Shown here: positions 19,230 to 26,250 of the stretch, piece after piece | How positions within the stretch are numbered: position 1 is the first letter of the stretch | Layout of the letters: each line of letters opens with the position of its first letter | Source: Actinomycetota bacterium | GTDB taxonomy: Bacteria; Actinomycetota; Actinomycetes; JACCUZ01 | Direction: 5' to 3' | DNA length: 64,000 nt | Assembly (NCBI GenBank): GCA_030841035.1 | Contig: JAVEDI010000037.1 | Span: 314 to 64,313 of the forward strand | Program-made: the position numbers and the translations under genes | The notes under the pieces: generated by a model | The model's database searches: none | Told to the model about the DNA's origin: nothing | What the model saw: only the letters and a program-made list of their open reading frames with translations

Positions 19230-20210
19230 TCAGAGGCAGCGGGCGTTGGTCGGGAGGTAGTGGACCCGGTTGTGTCGGGTGATGCGGATCGCCCGCACCG
19301 AGATGTTGTCGGTCTCGTTCGACTCGCGCAGCACGTCGAGCGGGTCGGCCTGCTGCCACAGGCAGTAGGTGCCGGCTCCCACGGCGCGCGGCAGCCGCAG
19401 CGACTGGCCGGGCAGGAAGGCGTCGTAGAGGTCGCTCCACCCGGTGCTGATCCCCTGTCGGCGGTCGCGGCTGCACGCCCCGTAGAACGCCTTGAGGGTG
19501 CCGCCGGGCATCAGCCGGCTGTCCCTCAGGCAGAAGCTGACCTTGCGGTGCCCCGCGAGGACGGTGGGGTCACCCGCCTTCGTGAGCCAGTAGCGCGCGC
19601 TGGCGTCCACGTGCCAGTGGTGGTGGGCCGGGTGGAAGTGCATGCAGCCCGAGGGCCGGAAGACCCGCCGGTGCTCGGTCGACCTCCGGAACCTCCCGTT
19701 GCCGTCGGAGTCCTGGTAGACGGCCTGGTCGACACCGCGCTCCCCCGGCGGGCACGTCGCGCGGGGCCGGGGCACGATCTCGAGCGGGCCGGGGCCGATG
19801 TTGGCCAGCGCCGAGCCGAAGCGCAGTCGTCGCTGCTGGCCGCGGACCACCACGTGCACGTGGATGGGCAGCCGGCTGCGCATGTTGGGCAGCAGCGGAG
19901 AAGGCCCGACGTCGGTCGGGGTCGGCGTCGGAACGGGCACCGTCGGGGTCGGGGTCGGGGTCGGCGTGGGGGTCGGGGCCGGCGTGTCGGTGCCCGTGAC
20001 GGCGACCAGGGCAGCCAGCCCGGGGGATGGCCCCGCGGCGCCCTGCGACCCGGCGGCCACCACCACGGCCACCACGGCCAGCGCCACCGCACCGGACGCG
20101 CCCGCAGCGCGCCACCCACGTCGACTCTGCGACGTCCCCGTGCCCAGCCCCACCCTGGTTCCCCTGACCCTTGCGCATGCGGGACAACGTCGTCCCAGGC
20201 GGACGATCAT
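19230..20210 (-). CDS. secreted lysyl oxidase (LOX) family copper amine oxidase homologue
   Basis: Signal peptide with RR; (PT)n linker; LOX-like histidine cluster HFHPAHHHWH and conserved Cys/Tyr spacing. Start uncertain. Confidence 0.6.
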   Translation of the reverse strand: MIVRLGRRCPACARVRGTRVGLGTGTSQSRRGWRAAGASGAVALAVVAVVVAAGSQGAAGPSPGLAALVAVTGTDTPAPTPTPTPTPTPTVPVPTPTPTDVGPSPLLPNMRSRLPIHVHVVVRGQQRRLRFGSALANIGPGPLEIVPRPRATCPPGERGVDQAVYQDSDGNGRFRRSTEHRRVFRPSGCMHFHPAHHHWHVDASARYWLTKAGDPTVLAGHRKVSFCLRDSRLMPGGTLKAFYGACSRDRRQGISTGWSDLYDAFLPGQSLRLPRAVGAGTYCLWQQADPLDVLRESNETDNISVRAIRITRHNRVHYLPTNARCL

Positions 20211-20298
20211 GACGAACCCTACGTCGCCGGGCGGCGTCCCTGACGCAAGGGCACGCGCGGCACGCCCTGCTGCCCCATGTCGACGTACGTCGGTGACA

Positions 20299-21624
20299 AT
20301 GGCAGCTGTGACCGACCTGCCGCGCCGCGCCGTGACCCGCGGGGTCAAGCTGGCCGGCCTGCCGTTGGGCTACGCGGGGCGGGCCACCCTTGGGTTCGGC
20401 AAGCGGCTCGGTGGCCGTCCCGCCGAGGCGGTCGCCGCCGAGCTGCAGGCCCGTACGGCGGAGCAGCTGTTCAAGGTGCTCGGCGAGCTCAAGGGCGGCG
20501 CGATGAAGTTCGGGCAGGCCATGTCGGTCTTCGAGGCGGCGATGCCGGAGAACCTCGCCGGGCCCTACCGCGAGACGCTGACCCGGTTGCAGGAGGCGGC
20601 GCCGCCGCTGCCCGCCCGCACCGTGCACTCGGTGCTGGCCCGCGAGCTGGGCCGGTCCTGGCGGCGGCGCTTCGAGTTCTTCGACGACCGGCCGGCCGCC
20701 GCCGCGTCCATCGGGCAGGTGCACCGGGCGGTGTGGGCCGACGGGACACCGGTCGCGGTCAAGGTGCAGTACCCGGGCGCCGGGGCCGCCCTGCTCTCCG
20801 ACCTCAACCAGATCGCCCGCATGAGCCGGCTGGTGGCGCTGCTCGTGCCGGGCCTGGACGTCAAGCCTTTGGTGACCGAGCTGAAGGAGCGGGTGGCCGA
20901 GGAGCTGGACTACCGGCTCGAGGCCGCGAACCAGGCGGCGTTCGCGGCGGCGTACGCCGGTGACCCGGACGTCCTGGTGCCCGCCGTCGTGGCCGGCTCG
21001 GACCAGGTGCTGATCACCGAGTGGGTCGACGGCACGCCGCTGTCACAGATCATCACCTCGGGCAGCCAGCGCCGGCGCGACCGCTCGGGTGTGCTGCTGG
21101 CGCGGTTCCTGTTCTCCGGGCCGCAGAAGGCGGGACTGCTGCACGCCGACCCCCACCCGGGCAACTTCCGGCTGCTGGGCGACGGACGGCTCGCGGTCCT
21201 CGACTTCGGCGCGGTGAACCGGTTGCCGGCCGGCCTGCCGGGGCCGATCGGCCGGTTGCTGCAGCTCGCGGTGGCCGGCGACTCCGACGCCGTGCTCGAC
21301 GGGCTGCGCGAGGAGGGCTTCGTCAAGCCGTCGATCCGCCTGGACGCCCAGCGGTTGCTGGACTACCTGGCCCCGCTGCTGGAGCCGGTGCGGGAGGACA
21401 CCTTCCGCTTCGACCGCGCGTGGCTGCGCGCCCAGGCGGCGCGGGTCGCCGACCCGCGCTCGCCGGCGTACAGCACCGGCCTCCAGCTGAACCTGCCGCC
21501 GGAGTACCTGCTCATCCACCGCGTCACCATGGGCGCGATCGGGGTGCTCTGCCAGCTGCACGCCGAGGGGAACTGGCGTGCGGAGCTCGAGCGCTGGCTG
21601 CCCGGGTTCGACGCGACCGCCTGA
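20299..21624 (+). CDS. ABC1/UbiB (AarF) atypical kinase family protein
   Basis: ABC1 motifs AAASIGQVHRA, VAVKVQYPG, GLLHADPHPGN. Confidence 0.8.
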   Translation: MAAVTDLPRRAVTRGVKLAGLPLGYAGRATLGFGKRLGGRPAEAVAAELQARTAEQLFKVLGELKGGAMKFGQAMSVFEAAMPENLAGPYRETLTRLQEAAPPLPARTVHSVLARELGRSWRRRFEFFDDRPAAAASIGQVHRAVWADGTPVAVKVQYPGAGAALLSDLNQIARMSRLVALLVPGLDVKPLVTELKERVAEELDYRLEAANQAAFAAAYAGDPDVLVPAVVAGSDQVLITEWVDGTPLSQIITSGSQRRRDRSGVLLARFLFSGPQKAGLLHADPHPGNFRLLGDGRLAVLDFGAVNRLPAGLPGPIGRLLQLAVAGDSDAVLDGLREEGFVKPSIRLDAQRLLDYLAPLLEPVREDTFRFDRAWLRAQAARVADPRSPAYSTGLQLNLPPEYLLIHRVTMGAIGVLCQLHAEGNWRAELERWLPGFDATA

Positions 21625-21642
21625 GGGTCCCACCGGGCGCGG

Positions 21643-21798
21643 TCACCACCAGTCGCTGTCCAGCTTGCCCTCGATGGCCCGCACGTTCTCGCGGCTGCAC
21701 TGCTCGCAGTAGAGCCGGGTCGCGCCGCGCTCGACCGACGTCGCCCAGCTGAGCGGCTGCTCGTCCTCGGTGCGCCCGCACAGGGCGCAGGTCACCAT
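21643..21798 (-). CDS. small tetra-Cys (CxxC...CxxC) protein
   Basis: 51 codons, MVTCALCG...CEQC. Immediately downstream of, and convergent with, the ABC1 kinase gene. Confidence 0.35.
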   Translation of the reverse strand: MVTCALCGRTEDEQPLSWATSVERGATRLYCEQCSRENVRAIEGKLDSDWW

Positions 21799-21840
21799 GG
21801 CCTGCCCATGGCGTCATCCTGGCCCAGGGCGGCCGCGGCG

Positions 21841-23532
21841 TCACGGGTCGACGCGGGTCGGCCGGCGCCGCGCCTCCGGGTCGGCGCTGATGCCGTCGGG
21901 GCGCCACGGCAGCTCGTGCCGGTAGGGGGCACGCGTCACCTGCTCGCCCTCCCCCGCGACGACCCGTGCGGTGTTGGCCAGCGACTCGGACCCGGCCCGC
22001 AGGTACTTGGTGTGATCGGCGAAGTCGAGCCTGCCCGGGTTGCGCGTCGGGTCCTCGGCCTGGAAGCGCACCGCGGCGAAACGCTGGTGCGAGGGGTCGA
22101 GCCCGAACCGGTCCAGGTAGCTCACCGGGTCCCGGCTGCTCGCGCCGACGAAGACGTGCCCGGCCGGCACGTGCAGCTGCGCGGCACGGCCGACGCCGGC
22201 ACCCGGGCTGCCGAGCAGGACCGCGTCGTCGACCCCGACCGGCCCGGCTCGCAGTGCCACGCCGACCACCGTGCTGCCGTAGCTGTGGCCGATCACGGTC
22301 AGGTGCGGGGCGACCGGCCGGGAGGCCGTGGCGAGCAGGTCACCGCTCAACCGGGCGCCACCGACCGTCGCGGGCGTGCTGGAGGCGACCGTGGTGTAGC
22401 CCGGTGCGGCGTAGCCCAGCCACGCCACCGTCGCGGTGCTCTCCCGCGGTGCGACGCGCCGCGCGGTGCCGCGGACGCGAGCCGCGTCCTCGACCAGGCC
22501 GGGCAGGCCGTGCACCACGTCGGTGCCCATGCCGGGCACCACGAACGCCACGTTGTCGGCCGTGTCGGGGTCACCGACCGCGACGAGTGCCCGGCCCCGC
22601 CCGCCGAAGGCCCCGGGCGAGAAGCCCAGCAGCCGTACGACGACCGGCGCTCCCGTCACCGGGTCCCCCGCGGACCTGGCCCGGGCCATGGCCCCGGCGA
22701 CCACGAGCGCCGCCTGCCGGCGACGACGTACGTCGTCGGTGACCGAGCGGTCTCCCGGGTCCGCCAGGTAGCGGGCCAGGAGCCGCTCGTTCGCTGCGTC
22801 CAGCGCCGCGGCCGGAAGGCCGGCCAGCCGGCCCACCTGTCGGGGACGGGTGCGCAGCAGCCTGGCCTGCTCGTCGCTGGTCAGCCACGACCACCACGAG
22901 CGCACCAGGACTGCGGGGGTGCCGGCCAGGGGCACCGCGCCCGCGCCACCACCGGTCACCGAACGGGCCCGCTGCGCCGCCAGCATCGGCAGGAGCCCGA
23001 CCAGGGCCGGCTCGCGCGCCGCCGGCCCGACCGAGCGCCCGGTCGCAGTGCGCCGGGCCGGCACGACCGCATCCGCCACCGCGAGCAGCCGCCGACCCGC
23101 CAGCACCGCCTGGTCGCCCAGCCGAGCCATCGTCTGCGCGCGCCGCGCCTGCAGGACGGCCAGCTCCGCGTCGGTGCCGGGGGGCTGCCGGACGAGGGTG
23201 TGGACCCGTCGCGCGTCCAGCCGTGCGAGCTCGTCCGTCGCCTGCTCGACCGCCCCGGCGTAGTCACGCAGGACGGCGGCCGCGGCCGACAGGAGACCCG
23301 GGAGCCGGTCGACCAGGCGAGCGGCGGCGACCAGCTCGCCGGCGGCCGCGGCCGCGGCAGTCCCCTGCCAGCCCTGACCGAGCCGGGCGCTGTCGCGCGA
23401 CAGCGCGCGACCCGCCTCGGCAGCGCGGCTGGCCAGGTGCCCGCAGCGGCGGGCCAGCTCGGCGAGCTCGCTCGGGTCGTCGCGCGGTGCTGCCTCGCCC
23501 TCGACCGGCGACGGTGCTCGCACCACCCTCAA
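21841..23532 (-). CDS. alpha/beta hydrolase with N-terminal helical domain (DUF1023-type)
   Basis: C-terminal hydrolase nucleophile elbow GHSYGS; long Ala-rich helical N-domain. Confidence 0.55.
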   Translation of the reverse strand: MRVVRAPSPVEGEAAPRDDPSELAELARRCGHLASRAAEAGRALSRDSARLGQGWQGTAAAAAAGELVAAARLVDRLPGLLSAAAAVLRDYAGAVEQATDELARLDARRVHTLVRQPPGTDAELAVLQARRAQTMARLGDQAVLAGRRLLAVADAVVPARRTATGRSVGPAAREPALVGLLPMLAAQRARSVTGGGAGAVPLAGTPAVLVRSWWSWLTSDEQARLLRTRPRQVGRLAGLPAAALDAANERLLARYLADPGDRSVTDDVRRRRQAALVVAGAMARARSAGDPVTGAPVVVRLLGFSPGAFGGRGRALVAVGDPDTADNVAFVVPGMGTDVVHGLPGLVEDAARVRGTARRVAPRESTATVAWLGYAAPGYTTVASSTPATVGGARLSGDLLATASRPVAPHLTVIGHSYGSTVVGVALRAGPVGVDDAVLLGSPGAGVGRAAQLHVPAGHVFVGASSRDPVSYLDRFGLDPSHQRFAAVRFQAEDPTRNPGRLDFADHTKYLRAGSESLANTARVVAGEGEQVTRAPYRHELPWRPDGISADPEARRRPTRVDP

Positions 23533-23810
23533 CCCCGCGGGTCGGCGCCGGTCAGCGCCTGCTCGGTGCTGTCGTAGACCTCGGCACCGGCGCGCAGCCG
23601 GCGCGCCACCAGCGCCAGGTCCAGCGCGACGACCTCGAACGCGTCCGCCACGGCATCGCTGAGCACGCCGAGCCCGTGGGCCACCACCTGCTCGCGCAAC
23701 CCGTCGGGCAGCCGCGCGCAGCCGGCCGCCAGCTCACGCAGCCCGTAGGCCGCCGCGACCGCGCGGTGCGCGGCGGCGTCGACGAGCCGGGTGTCGACCT
23801 CGATGTCCAC
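23529..23810 (-). CDS. small hypothetical protein coupled upstream of DUF1023 hydrolase
   Basis: 93-aa ORF with 4-nt overlap on the hydrolase start. Confidence 0.35.
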   Translation of the reverse strand: MDIEVDTRLVDAAAHRAVAAAYGLRELAAGCARLPDGLREQVVAHGLGVLSDAVADAFEVVALDLALVARRLRAGAEVYDSTEQALTGADPRG

Positions 23811-23898
23811 GGCTCGAGGCTAGGAAGACCGGTGCCGTCCGTCCGCGCGGTTGTCCACCGGTCCGGTCATCCACCACTGACCCACGGGCGCCGGCCGG

Positions 23899-24813
23899 TC
23901 AGGGCAGCGGCGGACCCTTCTCCAGCATCCCGGCCGCGAGGTCGCCCAGCTGCTCGACCCGGGCAAGGACGTCCTCGGCCCGGAACTGCAGGTCTGCGGC
24001 GCGCCGCGCGCTCTCGACCTCGTCCCAGGTGACCGGCGTGGACACCCACGGCTGGTCGCGGGCCCGCAGCGAGTACGGGGCGACGGTGGTCTTGGCGGCG
24101 CTGTTCTGGCTCCAGTCGAGGAAGACCTTCCCGTCACGCAGGTTCTTGGCCATCCGGGACAGCACGAGGCCGGGGTGCGCCTTCTCGAGCGCCTTGGCCA
24201 TGTCGTGCGCGTAGTCCGACGTACGCCGGTCGCTGGACGGCGTGATCGGCGCATACACCTGCAGGCCCTTGGACCCGCTGGTCTTCACGACAGGTGTCAA
24301 CCCGTCAGCGGCCAGGCACTCACGCACCAGCTGCGCCACCTGGGCGCACTCCAGGATGCCGGCAGGTGCGCCCGGGTCGAGGTCGACGACCAGCAGGTCG
24401 GGGGCGCGGACCGCTCCGCGCGGCCCCACGGACCACTGCGGCACGTGCAGCTCGATCGCGGCCAGGTTTGCCGCCCACACCAGGGTGGCGAGGTCGTCGA
24501 CCACGACGTAGTCGACCTCCTCACGGTTCTTGCTGCTGCCCGGTGCCGGCAGCCGCACGGTGCGCACCCACTGCGGCGTACCCCGCGGCGCGTTCTTGGC
24601 GAAGAAGCCCTTGCGCTGCACGCCGTCGGGGTAGCGCACGAACGAGGCGGGCCGGTCCCGGACGTGCGGGACGAGCGCCGGCGCGATGCGGGCGTAGTAG
24701 TCGATCACCTCCCCCTTGGTGAAGGCGGCCTGCGGGTAGAGCACCTTGTCCAGGTTGGTCAGCGACAGCCGCCGCCCTGCGACCTCGACCGTCGACCGGT
24801 CCCCCTCCGCCAC
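23899..24813 (-). CDS. NHEJ LigD polymerase (primase-polymerase) domain protein, standalone
   Basis: LigD PolDom signatures (VEVAGRRLSLTNLDKVLYP, KTSGSKGLQVYAPI). GTG start preceded by GGAAGGGG SD. Confidence 0.75.
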   Translation of the reverse strand: MAEGDRSTVEVAGRRLSLTNLDKVLYPQAAFTKGEVIDYYARIAPALVPHVRDRPASFVRYPDGVQRKGFFAKNAPRGTPQWVRTVRLPAPGSSKNREEVDYVVVDDLATLVWAANLAAIELHVPQWSVGPRGAVRAPDLLVVDLDPGAPAGILECAQVAQLVRECLAADGLTPVVKTSGSKGLQVYAPITPSSDRRTSDYAHDMAKALEKAHPGLVLSRMAKNLRDGKVFLDWSQNSAAKTTVAPYSLRARDQPWVSTPVTWDEVESARRAADLQFRAEDVLARVEQLGDLAAGMLEKGPPLP

Positions 24814-24915
24814 CCGTTCGCCCCTTCCGGTCCTCCAGCGCTGCGCGCACCCGCTCAGGTCACCATGATCCCCACCGCCTCGAGCGCCCGAACGCGGCAG
24901 CGGCCCCCCTCCTTC

Positions 24916-24968
24916 GTGATCGTGAGGGGATCCGGCACCTTTTCGGTGCCGATCCGCCTCACGATCAC
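24916..24968. repeat. 53-bp imperfect palindromic repeat, copy 1
   Basis: GTGATCGTGAGGGGATCCGGCACCTTTTCGGTGCCGATCCGCCTCACGATCAC. Second copy at about 28447..28499 differs by a single base. Confidence 0.7.
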
Positions 24969-25093
24969 GGGGAGAGGCGGGCACGCGAAGGGCCCCGGCC
25001 ACCTGCTGGTGGCCGGGGCCCTCCCGGTGCGCCCCCGGTCGGTCCGGGAGCGGGTACAGCTGCCTCGGCCGCGTACGGTGACCACCCTTCAGG

Positions 25094-25363
25094 TCACCGT
25101 ACGGCGGCAAGGGTGAGGAGGCGGCGCGCGCGCACAGTAGCCTCCTCGGCGCGCCGCTGTGCCCGCAAGGCACGTACGACGCGGCGGGAGCGCTCCTGGC
25201 GCAGGAGCTCCTCGCGACGGGCCGAGGCATGAGCCCGGGCCAGGTCTTCATGGATCAGTAGCATTGCCTTACCCCTGTTCAGGATGTCGTTCATGGTCTG
25301 CGGTCGTAGCCGGGCGGGACCCTCGAGGTCCGGTCCGTCGACGGACGAGTGGGCGATGGTCAT
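25094..25363 (-). CDS. small Arg-rich hypothetical protein overlapping whiB7 stop
   Basis: About 89-codon ORF; ATG overlaps the whiB7 TGA (ATGA). Confidence 0.3.
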   Translation of the reverse strand: MTIAHSSVDGPDLEGPARLRPQTMNDILNRGKAMLLIHEDLARAHASARREELLRQERSRRVVRALRAQRRAEEATVRARRLLTLAAVR

Positions 25364-25677
25364 GCCGCGACCTGCGACTTGCGGGGACGACCACGCGGAC
25401 GTTTGCGCGGCACCACGGCTCCCTGCACGAACCACTCCCCACCCCAGACCCCCCATGGCTCGCGGCGCTCGAGGGCGCCGGCCAGGCAGCCGAGGCGGGC
25501 GGGACAGTTGGTGCAGAGGGACTTGGCGTACTCGACGTCTGCGGGTGACTCGGCGAAGAAGGGCTCCGGGTCGTTGGTACGGCACGGGAGCTGGTCGTCC
25601 CTGAGTGTGTTCGAGGTCGGCTGCCCGGGAAACGCTGACGCGACGTCCGCCTCCCGGGTGAGCACGGCGAGCTGCAT
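25360..25677 (-). CDS. whiB7: WhiB-family transcriptional regulator, WhiB7-like (C-terminal AT-hook)
   Basis: Four Cys (C-x20-C-x2-C-x5-C), G[V]WGG turn motif, C-terminal AT-hook RKRPRGRPRK. Located downstream of uvrD2 exactly as in mycobacteria. Confidence 0.75.
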   Translation of the reverse strand: MQLAVLTREADVASAFPGQPTSNTLRDDQLPCRTNDPEPFFAESPADVEYAKSLCTNCPARLGCLAGALERREPWGVWGGEWFVQGAVVPRKRPRGRPRKSQVAA

Positions 25678-25770
25678 CGGGGTCACCTCCTTGTTCTGTG
25701 TGGTGGTCAGTCGGCTGGTGGCTGGCTGGGCACTGGCTCGGGTCGTCACTTGTGATGACTTCCTGCTCGG

Positions 25771-25802
25771 TCCGGACTGGTCGGTCCGGACTGGTCGGTC
25801 GG
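25771..25802. repeat. tandem direct repeat (TCCGGACTGGTCGG)x2+ in whiB7 leader
   Basis: Two full 14-bp units plus a partial one, between the leader terminator and the whiB7 RBS. Confidence 0.6.
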
Positions 25803-25806
25803 AGGG

Positions 25807-25849
25807 CAAACAAAAAGGCCGCGGATCCCGGGTGTCGGGTTCCGCGGCC
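25807..25849 (-). terminator. intrinsic terminator/attenuator hairpin in whiB7 leader
   Basis: On the minus strand, GGCCGCGGA-N15-TCCGCGGCC (perfect 9-bp stem with nested CCCG/CGGG) followed by TTTTTGTTTG. Lies about 130 nt upstream of the whiB7 start and about 25 nt downstream of the uORF stop. Confidence 0.55.
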
Positions 25850-25876
25850 TCGAGGGCTGCCGGTGAAGGAGTGGTC

Positions 25877-26155
25877 CTATACCGGCGGACTCCAGGAGCG
25901 GATCCCCGCGACGCCGTCGAACACGACATCACTGATCGGGAGCAGAGTGGTGGCCTCGTGCGTGGCGGTGGGCGCGATCGCGGGCACACGGGTCCCCTGG
26001 AACGTGCCACCGGTAGCCGCCGCGTAGCCGGCGAGAAGGCCGCTGGTCACCGACGTGCGCATGAGCTCGACCTGGGCCAGGCCCTCGATCGGGAGCGAGG
26101 CGGCCGGGCGCAGACGAGCGGAGCCCGTCCACCGCTGGGTCATGGTCTTCTCCAT
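25877..26155 (-). CDS. leader uORF (92 codons) of whiB7 attenuator
   Basis: ATG preceded by GAGGAGG SD at an 8-nt spacing; stops just before the terminator hairpin. Confidence 0.4.
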   Translation of the reverse strand: MEKTMTQRWTGSARLRPAASLPIEGLAQVELMRTSVTSGLLAGYAAATGGTFQGTRVPAIAPTATHEATTLLPISDVVFDGVAGIRSWSPPV

Positions 26156-26221
26156 CAGGGCCACCTCCTCGTCTGCTCTCGCGCGAGCCCGCAGATGCGG
26201 GTGCGTCAGTTCGTGTGAATG

Positions 26222-26250
26222 AGAGTAGAGGCGACGGCAGTCACGTGCAA
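26222..26250 (-). promoter_or_regulatory. candidate sigma-70-type promoter for whiB7 leader (TTGCAC-N17-TACTCT)
   Basis: Hexamers with a 17-nt spacer on the minus strand, overlapping the last codons of uvrD2 and about 50 nt upstream of the uORF SD. Confidence 0.3.

Noticed and set aside
19900-20000. Short-period nucleotide repeats (ACCCCGACCCCG...) considered as a CRISPR/VNTR
   Set aside because: They encode the (PT)n linker of the lysyl-oxidase homologue. The units are 6 bp and contiguous with no spacers, so this is coding low-complexity.
25807-25849. Hairpin interpreted solely as the uvrD2 terminator
   Set aside because: It lies about 390 bp beyond the uvrD2 stop and directly after an SD-led uORF, so an attenuator role for whiB7 is the better explanation. 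A dual role cannot be excluded.
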